From IMG/VR virus record IMGVR_UViG_3300026521_000466, positions 64,001 to 128,000 of that record: a stretch of 64,000 nt of DNA; one strand, given 5' to 3'. The notes beneath the pieces are model-generated. The model saw only the letters and a program-made list of their open reading frames with translations, was not told the DNA's origin and did no database searches. The DNA is from a virus. The position numbers and the translations under genes are program-made. Positions within the stretch are counted from its first letter, which is position 1; each line of letters starts with the position of its first letter. Below, in pieces: positions 9,049-18,583 of the stretch.

Positions 9049-10259
9049 ACTTTCTGTTCTTTTAGTTCTTTATGTATAAGTTCCAGTAATTCAGTGGTCT
9101 CTTTCTGAGTCCAGTTTTTATTACTAGGATCAATCACATTACGCTCTTTCAGCATTTGCTCCATAGCATAAGTATTTCCATCTCTCCAGACAATCTCTAT
9201 CCTATGCATAGTGGCGAAGTTAGGATAACGGTTGTATATCTCTTTACTATAACCTAACTGTTTCATAAACATACGGACCTTCTTAAACTCCCCCTTCCGA
9301 ATCAATGACATAGCATAATCCACATCCTTCACTTCCATTTCAGAAGGGAACCAAATCTTATTCTTATCCTCCATAATATCCACTACAACTTCAGTATGTG
9401 TGAACAGATGATAGATGACAAATAGTGGAGCGTCTATCTCGATAAAATTTAAGTTGTTATATCCAGTCTGCATATCAAGTGCACTTATATTTCGATCCCA
9501 TCTATACTCATTATAGTTTAAATTTGCATTATATTTATCATTATAGAATGAAACATTTCCAAATGATTGTGTTGGTTTATATACTAAATAATCAGTTATG
9601 CATTTAAACGGCCCTGTTGAAATATACGTTGAACCAACGAATACCTCATGCGCTTCTTTCACTTCTTTAATGCTCAGCATTTTATTTACAAGAGCTATCA
9701 ACTCTATGGTGGAATTACTTCGATCCATAGAGACCATCTTTTGTATTATGTCTGCTTGAAATGCTATATCTTCTGCATAACCGCCTATGGTCATAGTAAC
9801 CTCTTCTTCACATAAGGAGTCGCTGGAGACATCAACTACTCTGGCTGAGACACTGACAATAGTAGCTATCGATTTTATAACCACTGTCGCCCACATATGT
9901 TTTGGAAGCGTTACTCTGAATACATAGTATGGTGCATCTGATACAATATATTCACTTTCAGGAACATTAGCAATCATCACAGCTCTTAGGTTAGTGTGGA
10001 GATGCCCATTCTTTACATGTCCATACCTCATCAATTCAAAGTGCTCATCATCGATCATGGATGCTGGCTTTACTAACTTAACAGGGTAATATTCCACCGG
10101 ACGAGAAGGTCGATTGCCCGCTCCCTCTTTCAACAGTGCTTCAAACCTCTTTTCTGGATAGTTCGCTTTATCTTTTCCTCTGGATACTGCCGCAAATTGA
10201 GTAACCCACTCATGGACTACATCTTTCTCAGGGTCAAATTTAAAGACCTCTATATTCAT
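9039..10259 (-). CDS. thyX: ThyX-like (flavin-dependent thymidylate synthase) protein with internal duplication
   Basis: AAVSRGK...LLKE...SRPVEYYPV...TNLR...SVSARV in the first half; IDAPLFVIYHLFTHT...GYSKEIYNR...TQKET in the second. Confidence 0.55.
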   Translation of the reverse strand: MNIEVFKFDPEKDVVHEWVTQFAAVSRGKDKANYPEKRFEALLKEGAGNRPSRPVEYYPVKLVKPASMIDDEHFELMRYGHVKNGHLHTNLRAVMIANVPESEYIVSDAPYYVFRVTLPKHMWATVVIKSIATIVSVSARVVDVSSDSLCEEEVTMTIGGYAEDIAFQADIIQKMVSMDRSNSTIELIALVNKMLSIKEVKEAHEVFVGSTYISTGPFKCITDYLVYKPTQSFGNVSFYNDKYNANLNYNEYRWDRNISALDMQTGYNNLNFIEIDAPLFVIYHLFTHTEVVVDIMEDKNKIWFPSEMEVKDVDYAMSLIRKGEFKKVRMFMKQLGYSKEIYNRYPNFATMHRIEIVWRDGNTYAMEQMLKERNVIDPSNKNWTQKETTELLELIHKELKEQKVME

Positions 10260-10702
10260 TTTCTCTCCTTCAACTGTTTTCTTGCTTCCTCTTCTGTTCC
10301 CCCAAAAGAGTAATTGCCTTCATTGTTTTGGTCTTTTACAAGATACCCTGGTATAGAGAATGACTCCGATAGTGTGCAGTAAAGAATCACTTCAAATAGA
10401 TCGTTGTTTTTATTCAGTATCTTGAATAGATAATCAGATATGATCAAATGTACTCCTTCACTAACTTCACCATTTAGATACCATTTATCGTCTATCTCCT
10501 CTAAATACCCAGGCACTCCATATGGACACCATTGAATGGTTTGATTTGTTAGATACACATGTTCTATATTAGGCATGTCATAGCGCATTGCCAGTACATC
10601 ACTGCCATGGGTTGTAACTATATCGTTTGACTTACCAACACATGAACTACCAGAAAATACCATCACACCTTTATCGTTATTGATTACTACCGATGAACCC
10701 AT
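10256..10702 (-). CDS. Hypothetical protein
   Basis: Likely start is ATG 10702 after AAAGGA; stop overlaps the thyX start. Confidence 0.65.
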   Translation of the reverse strand: MGSSVVINNDKGVMVFSGSSCVGKSNDIVTTHGSDVLAMRYDMPNIEHVYLTNQTIQWCPYGVPGYLEEIDDKWYLNGEVSEGVHLIISDYLFKILNKNNDLFEVILYCTLSESFSIPGYLVKDQNNEGNYSFGGTEEEARKQLKERK

Positions 10703-10754
10703 CTCTTTTTTCCTTTTTAAAAAAAGATAGATGTGGGGAGACCCCACACCATGC

Positions 10755-11339
10755 TTAAACGTGTTCCTCTACGCCATCATCTTCCGGCTCCGCATCCACC
10801 GGATCAGTTTTTGCAGCTTCTGCTTTTTCTGCATCACTGATTGCACGTAACTCATCGGTGGCTTCTTTGATGTGTTGATATGCTGTATCGATGAACTCTT
10901 TCTCCACACCCTCACGCGATGCGCGGATCTCGTTTGTATCCATATTAATGAGGAGTGTGATCCCATCTTTTCCATATTCCATGTTATTTGTCATTGGAAC
11001 ATATCTAAGAGCGAATCCTTTATCTTCACAAATGGTTTTAAGTTTACCATTTGTAATAAGGAACAACTTGATCTCTTCCATCGTATTTGATGTTTCAACC
11101 ATAATTGATCCGATGATATCACTTACCTTATCCGTGCCTTCTTGCACGGTAATAGACTCCACGATAGTTGCTTGGAGCAATTTAATCAACTCATTGATAT
11201 CTTCAATGTTTGGTTCCATAGCAATAATTGCGGCGTATAGTTCCGCGCTCATATTTGATACTTGTGTGTTTCCACAAGTCTCCTCCGTTACTTCCTTAGC
11301 AGTTTCTGCCATTTCAACATTCTCATTTTCGTTAGCCAT
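10755..11339 (-). CDS. Acidic early hypothetical protein
   Basis: 194 aa, AAAGGA RBS, early promoter motif at 11382-11391. Confidence 0.75.
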   Translation of the reverse strand: MANENENVEMAETAKEVTEETCGNTQVSNMSAELYAAIIAMEPNIEDINELIKLLQATIVESITVQEGTDKVSDIIGSIMVETSNTMEEIKLFLITNGKLKTICEDKGFALRYVPMTNNMEYGKDGITLLINMDTNEIRASREGVEKEFIDTAYQHIKEATDELRAISDAEKAEAAKTDPVDAEPEDDGVEEHV

Positions 11340-11381
11340 GTTTTTTTCCTTTTTTTAGTATACTACATCTGTAGTTCACCA

Positions 11382-11391
11382 TAATAATATA
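11382..11391 (-). promoter_or_regulatory. Early promoter motif TATATTATTA
   Basis: One of 12 intergenic copies, all oriented toward minus-strand genes. Confidence 0.7.
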
Positions 11392-11405
11392 CAAAAGAAA
11401 AAATA

Positions 11406-11429
11406 CTATGGTGGATCTCTCCACCATAG
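11406..11429 (-). terminator. Intrinsic terminator
   Basis: CTATGGTGGA-tctc-TCCACCATAG plus a minus-strand T-tract. Confidence 0.7.
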
Positions 11430-11435
11430 ATAAAG

Positions 11436-12320
11436 TTATAGTTGTGTAGGTAATTTAAATGGCAACCTGTTCGTGTTTCTTACTGAATATCTGTATACAT
11501 AGTTCCATATATCACTGCCTGTCTCTCTTACTCTAACAAACAATATAGTTGATAAAGTAACTCCATAGTCCGGTATATTGATGTGATCACCGCTATCAGT
11601 ACCTTCATAGACTTTATTTGAATTCATATCATATATCTCTATATCAAAACTATCGACTGGGTTTATATCAAATGATAAAGGACTTCCCAGAGAATACTCT
11701 ATACTTTCATCAATAATCAACACATTCGAGATATGTGTTCTAAAGACGAAGGATGCAAAATCACTGGTAGTATTTGTTATCGTTGTTATTGAAGCTTTTA
11801 ACACATAGACTTGATTCATCTCTAACTCTTTATGTATGTAGATATAATCAAGTGTACTGCTCTCATTACTTAAATCATAAACAAGATTATTATCCATATC
11901 AAATAGAAACCAATCTACTTTCCGTATTTTATCTTCACTGTCTTTGCTTATCCCCAAGTTAAATCTTAAATATTTGATTGGGTAGAAATCCCCACTATCT
12001 ATAGAGGATACGATCTCCGGTATATCAGCATAGATGGGCGGTATGATAAATAGCTCCATATCATTACTATCTTCCACTTCAAAGATTATTGTATCGCTCC
12101 ATGCCTGATACCCGCCAGGTTCAAGATAGAATCTAACACGCGCATAATATTTTGTGCCTGTAGCTAGTGAAATATTATAATCTCTTGCCAGTAACTCAAC
12201 TTCTTTTTCGTCATCTATCAGCATATCGGAGAAATCTTCATTCTCAGATATTTGTACCCATGTCTTTGTATGTACTTCGTCGTTCTCCAGAGTAGGAGGC
12301 ATTATCTTTACATATAGCAT
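11436..12320 (-). CDS. Virion structural protein with FN3/Ig-like domains
   Basis: H..T..QIS..EDFS...LATGTKYYARVRF...WS is an FN3-like pattern common in phiKZ-like virion proteins. Confidence 0.6.
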   Translation of the reverse strand: MLYVKIMPPTLENDEVHTKTWVQISENEDFSDMLIDDEKEVELLARDYNISLATGTKYYARVRFYLEPGGYQAWSDTIIFEVEDSNDMELFIIPPIYADIPEIVSSIDSGDFYPIKYLRFNLGISKDSEDKIRKVDWFLFDMDNNLVYDLSNESSTLDYIYIHKELEMNQVYVLKASITTITNTTSDFASFVFRTHISNVLIIDESIEYSLGSPLSFDINPVDSFDIEIYDMNSNKVYEGTDSGDHINIPDYGVTLSTILFVRVRETGSDIWNYVYRYSVRNTNRLPFKLPTQL

Positions 12321-12437
12321 ATTTATCCTTTATTGAATATCATCATCTAATAGAAACAAAAAAGAAAGAGTACAGGTCTGAGCTTTTACCTCGCATCCTA
12401 CTGTCCCTTAGAAATTGAAAAAAGAATCACTCCATGC

Positions 12438-13928
12438 TTATGCATAGAGTGTATTCGGGTATGTAGATTCTGTTATTGTCTTAACTCTCTGCAAGAGATA
12501 CTTTTTATTTCTTCTTACATATTTAGCATGTTGCGGAACTACTGTGGATACTAATTGTGTAAATATTACCTGTACCTCATTTTCTCTCAATCTTCCTATC
12601 ATTTGGAACAGGGCAGATATACTATCCATATTAATAGTATTTAGCGTGTAGATAAGCCCTTTAATGTCAATAGCTGCACCCAATGATTGTGAGTGTGATA
12701 CTCTGATGTCAGGCTCTAAGGCATTCTCATATTTTGAACCGCCTATATATTTCCTTACATCTAAGTCTTTATAGTGTTTCTTCAAACTCTCTGTTAGAAA
12801 ATCTATCATATCAAGAGATGATGCATAAACCAAACACTTATGGCCATCCTCTCTCTTTGACATATAATGTTTATCAATATAGAAAACTACCATGCGGAAG
12901 AACTCTTTTCTCAATCTCTTATTTTGCAATATGAATTTTTCAAATCGCTTATGTGAGTAGCCGTATCCGTATGAGAAGTTCATGCGTTTAGCAGAATGGA
13001 TATGATAGTTTGCATTCTCTATGATAGTAAATCGTTTATATGCCTCCAGCGCTAATCTTGACTCTTTAGGAAACAGTTGTTTATGGAACTTTTCCAATGA
13101 ACTATCCTTCGTGATCAGGGTAGCGCTCAACGCAATCATTCTTTTTGGATCTAGCATCATAGTTGCTATGAATATGTTATTAAACGATTGATGTGTTTCA
13201 TCTGAAAGCATAATGCCTAGATTCTTTTTCTCCATAAACTCATCAGGCTGTAGTGCATATCCATCATTCACTATAGCGGAGTTTGACGTATTTTCAAAAT
13301 AGACCCTCATAGTATCAGCAGACGCGATAACTATTTTGTACTGTTTGCTGTCATCCATAAACTCCTTTAAGGAATCACTCCCCTGTATTACACATATCTC
13401 GTCCTTAGTTACTTTTAGATAGGTTTCGATATCCTCTATCCATTTATCTATATAGCGAGGAAGGATATATATTAGTACACCTTTGTTTATTTTTGATATA
13501 GCCTCTGCAAACATATATGTTTTACCATATCCTGTCTCAGCTTCAACTATGACTCTGTGATGTGATTTATCAGAAACCATACCGTCGATAAAGAACGGTT
13601 GCTCATCACGCGGTGTAAATGATACATTCATCTCAAACGGCACAGTGTCAGTATCAGTCTCTCTTACCGATACGGCGACATCCCGTTTACTAATACCATT
13701 ACTGAATATATGGTAAAAGAACTCTTTCATTAATGTATCGATTATTACATATTCATGTTTATAATTTATATAGTAGTAGTAGCGATCAGACTTTTCATAC
13801 TTGGTAATACCTTTAGATCTTACTGGTTTATAGGTATATGAATTTCTGAGAAATCCTTTTACTACCCTATCCTCTTTGTCATCTGAGGGCAGTACCCTGA
13901 TTGTTTGGTTGTAGCGTATAACTTTCAT
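12438..13928 (-). CDS. Superfamily 2 DExH helicase (phiKZ gp75-like)
   Basis: Q motif PRDEQ, Walker A AETGYGKT, DETH, SAT, QMIGRLR; lies downstream of nvRNAP beta'-C. Confidence 0.9.
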   Translation of the reverse strand: MKVIRYNQTIRVLPSDDKEDRVVKGFLRNSYTYKPVRSKGITKYEKSDRYYYYINYKHEYVIIDTLMKEFFYHIFSNGISKRDVAVSVRETDTDTVPFEMNVSFTPRDEQPFFIDGMVSDKSHHRVIVEAETGYGKTYMFAEAISKINKGVLIYILPRYIDKWIEDIETYLKVTKDEICVIQGSDSLKEFMDDSKQYKIVIASADTMRVYFENTSNSAIVNDGYALQPDEFMEKKNLGIMLSDETHQSFNNIFIATMMLDPKRMIALSATLITKDSSLEKFHKQLFPKESRLALEAYKRFTIIENANYHIHSAKRMNFSYGYGYSHKRFEKFILQNKRLRKEFFRMVVFYIDKHYMSKREDGHKCLVYASSLDMIDFLTESLKKHYKDLDVRKYIGGSKYENALEPDIRVSHSQSLGAAIDIKGLIYTLNTINMDSISALFQMIGRLRENEVQVIFTQLVSTVVPQHAKYVRRNKKYLLQRVKTITESTYPNTLYA

Positions 13929-13980
13929 ACCCTCTCCTTATAGTAGTTAAGACATTATCATAGAAACATCTTATGTACAA

Positions 13981-13990
13981 TAATAATATA
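13981..13990 (-). promoter_or_regulatory. Early promoter motif for the helicase
   Basis: TATATTATTA about 50 nt upstream of the start codon. Confidence 0.7.
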
Positions 13991-14011
13991 TAAAGAAAAA
14001 AAACTAACCCA

Positions 14012-14044
14012 CGACATCATATGGTTTGCGGCCATATGATGTCG
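14012..14044 (-). terminator. Intrinsic terminator closing the ncRNA
   Basis: 13-bp stem CGACATCATATGG/CCATATGATGTCG followed on the minus strand by TGGGTTAG and an 8-T run. Confidence 0.8.
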
Positions 14045-14478
14045 GTTACATACTCACTCAACTGTGCACTGTCGAGGGCTGCTTGCATTTGTACCTTTTC
14101 TGGGTAAAGGCGTCTCCTTCAGGTCAACTCCGGAGATCTTACTTCATAAACTGGGGCTGGTCCCCATTAACGACAGGAGTTACCGATGACCCGGCTATCC
14201 CCACGGCGTTTTACGACATACACGCTCTGCCGGAGCAGGTCAGACTACCCCACTCACTTTTACGAGGCCACAATGCCTCTTCCATATAGCGATATAGTGC
14301 CATGTCCGTTTAGCACTTCAGTCATTTGTTTCGCGCAATGACATTACCCGCCGCGAGAACAGTGTTTGCAAGTCACTGTTCATTTATGGTCCTTTCGGAC
14401 GTGCTTTGGCCGTCGCCGCGATAATCATATCACCAAGTATAACTACCGCAAATACAGAATTTCCTATCCTATACTCAC
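14012..14478 (-). ncRNA. Putative large structured non-coding RNA (~460 nt), family unknown
   Basis: About 50% GC (209 of 420 nt counted over 14041-14460); bounded by a promoter motif and a terminator; many stems including GUCC-GAAA-GGAC; no credible sense-strand ORF. Confidence 0.75.
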
Positions 14479-14480
14479 AA

Positions 14481-14490
14481 TAATAATATA
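14481..14490 (-). promoter_or_regulatory. Early promoter motif driving the ncRNA
   Basis: TATATTATTA immediately upstream of the GC-rich block. Confidence 0.7.
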
Positions 14491-14529
14491 TAAACATAGT
14501 ATCTTGGAAATTGAAAAAAGATAATGTCA

Positions 14530-14553
14530 CCTAGGTGGAATTAACCACCTAGG
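14530..14553 (-). terminator. Terminator after nvRNAP beta'-C
   Basis: CCTAGGTGG-aattaa-CCACCTAGG overlapping the stop codon, then a T-tract. Confidence 0.7.
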
Positions 14554-16438
14554 AGAGTAACTCTTTTGGACAATGCACAACATCCAGCGGATGCGGAGTT
14601 TTATCTTCATAAAAGTTCATTATGTTAAGGAACGTATCTTTCTCACCCATGTTCAGTGCAGTGGTAAGACATCTATTCCTATATATCTGTTTGGTTTTAC
14701 CTATTTGTGCATTCACTCCTCTCACTAATCTGAAATCATAAGTAGCAGGATTCCTAGAGGTATATGCATAGGCCACCAGTGCAGCATGACTAATATGGAG
14801 ATAGAGTTTACTGTTATAGAGAGTGAATAGATTTAACAGTAGTTCACCTGCCGTTTCTATTGTTTCTCCATTGGGTGTCTTGGATGAATCCAGTATTGAC
14901 CTAATATTCTTATTCAGTATATTATAATCAAACACCTCTTCCGGTAGGAACATGATCCCATCTCTCTTATTCCATCCGCTCATATCTATCATATAGTTAC
15001 CATAGTCATCTATTGAGTAACCATGCTTCACTACATAGAGTAGGAACTTGTTTGTAAAGACAGCTGTCTTATTACCGCTTTTCACTTTCAAACTAATGGT
15101 CTCTACACCTTTGCGTGTGTTGTTCTCAATAACAAATCCACTTACATTTGATATCCGTGTAGGATCTGCAAGTTTCGCCATATCCACAGTTTTCAAATCT
15201 TTCAGTCCGTAGAACTGTTCAGAGCTGATTCTCAGTATTGGCTTCTTACCGATAGGCTCTTTAAAGTAGAGCGTATTGTCTTTCACCTTTATATACTTAG
15301 ATACATCACTTTCCAATACATAGACAGTGCCATCCGCAGATACAATATAGTGTTTTGTACTAAGCAGAGACTGCGTAGCTGGCTCATTGATCTTCGTACA
15401 TGCCCAGTGTCCCAGGTTGAACTTCATGAGTTTCTCATACCCCTGCACGCCATAACAATGGACACAGACAGTATCTTCTCGCTCATGCTTACAGGAGATT
15501 GCTGTTCGTATATAGATATACTTCCCAATGATCTCTTTTGTATCTTTGGTAATTAGTCTCCACTCATCCTCTTTGTTATACTTAAAGTATTGGCCTACCA
15601 CACCTTTGAATGTTCCGGGTGTTATATTGGATTTAGGTTCAATGTATATCAGAGTCCCTTCATCTGTACCACAATCATCATATGATAGATACTTTACCAC
15701 TTCAGATATTGTTTGTGTATGTTTGGCAAATGTCTCCGCATCCTGAATAGATGTCTTGGAGAAGACCAATGAAGTAACTGCACCGCGTGATTCCCCGGCA
15801 TACTCTACAATATCAGTAATACCTTCAATATATCCTGTAGTGACAGGCTTCTTGAATATTTGACTGTCAAAGTCTGATGGGTATCCCCTTAACACACATT
15901 GGTCAAACTGTCTGGCAGATACACTCTTGTTTATATAGGTATGAGCCACTTGGTTGTCTGCCAATTTTGCAGAGTTGAATATCACATCTCTTACTGCGGC
16001 ATAGACATCCTGCACACCCTCTTTGGTAGGGTGTTCTCTAAACTCTTTTAGCTTAGCCTGTACTTCATCCATATAGACTATCTCCAAGACATCATCAAAG
16101 TCGGAGAAGATAACGGATTCCATATTCTCATAGGCTAATTTATTATAGATAAAACTGATAGTGTCGAATACATGTTTTGACAACAACTCCAACTTGTTAA
16201 CCAGAGTATGGTCGTTGATAGATTTAAATAGTATATCCGTAACTATATGGTCAAACACTGATGTTACAGACGATTTTTCAAATCTGCCATCTACATAGTG
16301 TGATGTAATACTATACTCCTGTTTCAGCGGAAGACGGAAGACAGAGAGTACTTCCCATATCTTCATGTTTATCTCATAGACCAATGGTACTTGAGACTCC
16401 ACTACACCATTCGTAAACTTTACCTTTTCAATCTTCAT
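14549..16438 (-). CDS. Non-virion RNA polymerase beta' C-terminal subunit (phiKZ gp74-like)
   Basis: RG..SD, ESRGA, DC.T, RTAISC...VC.HCYG zinc site, TQSLLSTKH trigger-loop region. Confidence 0.9.
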   Translation of the reverse strand: MKIEKVKFTNGVVESQVPLVYEINMKIWEVLSVFRLPLKQEYSITSHYVDGRFEKSSVTSVFDHIVTDILFKSINDHTLVNKLELLSKHVFDTISFIYNKLAYENMESVIFSDFDDVLEIVYMDEVQAKLKEFREHPTKEGVQDVYAAVRDVIFNSAKLADNQVAHTYINKSVSARQFDQCVLRGYPSDFDSQIFKKPVTTGYIEGITDIVEYAGESRGAVTSLVFSKTSIQDAETFAKHTQTISEVVKYLSYDDCGTDEGTLIYIEPKSNITPGTFKGVVGQYFKYNKEDEWRLITKDTKEIIGKYIYIRTAISCKHEREDTVCVHCYGVQGYEKLMKFNLGHWACTKINEPATQSLLSTKHYIVSADGTVYVLESDVSKYIKVKDNTLYFKEPIGKKPILRISSEQFYGLKDLKTVDMAKLADPTRISNVSGFVIENNTRKGVETISLKVKSGNKTAVFTNKFLLYVVKHGYSIDDYGNYMIDMSGWNKRDGIMFLPEEVFDYNILNKNIRSILDSSKTPNGETIETAGELLLNLFTLYNSKLYLHISHAALVAYAYTSRNPATYDFRLVRGVNAQIGKTKQIYRNRCLTTALNMGEKDTFLNIMNFYEDKTPHPLDVVHCPKELLS

Positions 16439-18509
16439 TGTTTTCCCTTAACTCTAAACCATAGCCAAATGTATTGGTTATTGATTTGTGGATATTCACC
16501 ACAGTCTCATTTCCGAACGGCACTTTATCTCTTGGCGTAATGTCATCTATATCGGTTGGCTTATCGGTAGTCAATATGACATCACACATATGCAATAGTG
16601 TAGGAACAGAGAGATTTCTATCCCTAAACTCAGCCAAGGCCTCTTCACCTGCATACGCTGCAAAGAATCTCAAGTCTGTTTCGGAACCTATCTTTACAGG
16701 CGTTGCATTATAGAGCATCATACTCTTCAATGTTTTTGACGGTGATACAGGCAAGGTAAACGGATTCAGTCTGGCAGTAGATACGGCCAACCAGTCATCT
16801 CCTGTCTTATTGAGCATGAACATATACTGTCTTGATATATATGTTTTATTTACAGTATACTCATTCTTACCATTGAATCTTAGTAGAACCTTATCTTTCT
16901 TCGGACTATAGCCTTTTGCCTTTAATCTCTTGATAACAATATTGTCATCCATATTATCTTCAGAGATATTCTGATCTACATGGAATTTGATATAGAGGTT
17001 GTCTTCCACTATATCTAACAATACAACCTTTCTCTGTTTCTCTGTGAGTTTCTTATATCCCTTATACTGTACTTCATCGATACAGGATATGAAATCCAAC
17101 AGTTGCTCATATATGGTTGAAGTATCATTATGGATTATCTTCTCTTTCACAGTTTCACCAGGAAGTTTCTTAATCTCTTCGATCAGCTTCTTCCTAAATA
17201 TAGTAACTGTAGTCAAAACAAATCCTTCCGCCGGATTACCCATGTTCATACGACGATTTGAGCTAGATGGATCAAACATCATATCTGCCACTAATCCATT
17301 GGCATCTACAGGCATCTCCTCTTTAGGAAGTACCATACTGACAATACCTTTACTACCGTGTGTGGTAGTGAGTTTAATACCGTTATGCGGCACTTTATCA
17401 TACTTCACAACAATATCTATCTCAAACTCATTGGCTGGGTCTTGCATATATTTGTTCTTCACTTTAGGGTGCTCTAATGCCTGTAACCTTACAAGAGTTA
17501 CATGTAGTGTGTTCCCAAACTCTACATTGGTAAATTGCCGCTTCAACTCTTTACAAGTCTCTATGAAGTTTTTGTTATACGCATGTTTATGTTCAGCGAG
17601 TTCTCTCAAGTGATCAAATGCTTTAGTTACATGAGCTTTATTTTTTGTTTGTGGTGTATAGATAATATTTATATCTTCTATTACACCTGATGCAGAACCT
17701 ATTCGGTAAACATCATCGTATAGAGGAGATATCTCTTTCAGTTGATCCTTTGACATCAGCACATGAGCAAACATAGGATCTACTTCGCGGATAGCCATAA
17801 CTACACCATTCTCCTTTACTTTCTCACCGTAATCAGGAAGAATTTTATATGCATCATCGTCTCCAAAGATATTCAGTGGTATTCTATCATTACCGGCATT
17901 GGTATGTATATGTGAAAACAGTGGATATTTCAATCTCTTCATCAACTCATCAGATACCACCATCGCATCTTCTCCTACCTCTCCGATAGAGATAGGCAGA
18001 ATATTAACTTCAACCCCATGACTATAGACACCGTCTTTATCTGAGTTTGTACTGGTCAGCTTTGTATTCGCAGGCAGCACATCCTCTTCTTCCATAAGCA
18101 GTGTCACATCTTCAAGAGTTTGAACGTATCCAAACTTCTTGTCTTTCTTTCCCCATTTAAAGACTCTTTCCAAGTCTATTGTGTTTAATTCATAGTCGTA
18201 ATAGATAATGTCTATGAACATAGCTTTTGAATAATCATCAGTATACTGATCCACATTCGGGGGATAGTACGGCATGATCTTCAATATCTTTGATTTGTTC
18301 TCCAACTTGTGGTTGAAGTTACATTTAGCCATCTCTCGCTCCAACCCCGTTATTAATGTGGGTGTGTCTGGCTCGTATGGCAGCAAAAGGTTCCCCATTT
18401 GCGAGTTAGTCATAAATCCCCTGGCAGAGGAGTCTTTTAACTGAAATCTGTTAAAGGCACTGATCCCCAAATGCCTCATCCTTACCGGTATTCTTTTTTT
18501 ATGTGACAT
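16428..18509 (-). CDS. Non-virion RNA polymerase beta C-terminal subunit (phiKZ gp71-73-like), uninterrupted
   Basis: SSARGFM..SQ, GEDAMVVS, GIKLTTTHGSKGIV, RRMN.G, YMFMLNK, GSETDLR. Confidence 0.92.
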   Translation of the reverse strand: MSHKKRIPVRMRHLGISAFNRFQLKDSSARGFMTNSQMGNLLLPYEPDTPTLITGLEREMAKCNFNHKLENKSKILKIMPYYPPNVDQYTDDYSKAMFIDIIYYDYELNTIDLERVFKWGKKDKKFGYVQTLEDVTLLMEEEDVLPANTKLTSTNSDKDGVYSHGVEVNILPISIGEVGEDAMVVSDELMKRLKYPLFSHIHTNAGNDRIPLNIFGDDDAYKILPDYGEKVKENGVVMAIREVDPMFAHVLMSKDQLKEISPLYDDVYRIGSASGVIEDINIIYTPQTKNKAHVTKAFDHLRELAEHKHAYNKNFIETCKELKRQFTNVEFGNTLHVTLVRLQALEHPKVKNKYMQDPANEFEIDIVVKYDKVPHNGIKLTTTHGSKGIVSMVLPKEEMPVDANGLVADMMFDPSSSNRRMNMGNPAEGFVLTTVTIFRKKLIEEIKKLPGETVKEKIIHNDTSTIYEQLLDFISCIDEVQYKGYKKLTEKQRKVVLLDIVEDNLYIKFHVDQNISEDNMDDNIVIKRLKAKGYSPKKDKVLLRFNGKNEYTVNKTYISRQYMFMLNKTGDDWLAVSTARLNPFTLPVSPSKTLKSMMLYNATPVKIGSETDLRFFAAYAGEEALAEFRDRNLSVPTLLHMCDVILTTDKPTDIDDITPRDKVPFGNETVVNIHKSITNTFGYGLELRENNED

Positions 18510-18542
18510 GCTTTTCTCCTTTTTTATTATCTTATTGCTATT

Positions 18543-18552
18543 TAATAATATA
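18543..18552 (-). promoter_or_regulatory. Early promoter motif for the RNAP beta/beta' operon
   Basis: TATATTATTA about 35 nt upstream of the start codon. Confidence 0.7.
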
Positions 18553-18583
18553 CAAAAGAAAAAATACTAACGAAAGGTCAGAT

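Noticed and set aside
14026-14289. 87-aa plus-strand ORF in the GC-rich block
   Set aside because: TTG start inside the terminator hairpin, no RBS, antisense to the promoter/terminator pair; probably a by-product of higher GC.
14045-14478. Group I intron, RNase P, tmRNA or SRP identity for the structured RNA
   Set aside because: Only fragments resemble them (GACUG/UAGUC P7-like pairing, ACCCGGCT, CAGGTC). The J8/7 AAGAUA, GAGGAAAGUCC and tRNA-like ends are absent, and the element interrupts no gene. A covariance-model scan is needed to exclude a degenerate intron.
12411-14521. Identical 15-mer GAAATTGAAAAAAGA at 12411 and 14507 as a mobile-element boundary
   Set aside because: Both copies are low-complexity terminator U-tails, and the enclosed helicase is a syntenic core gene.
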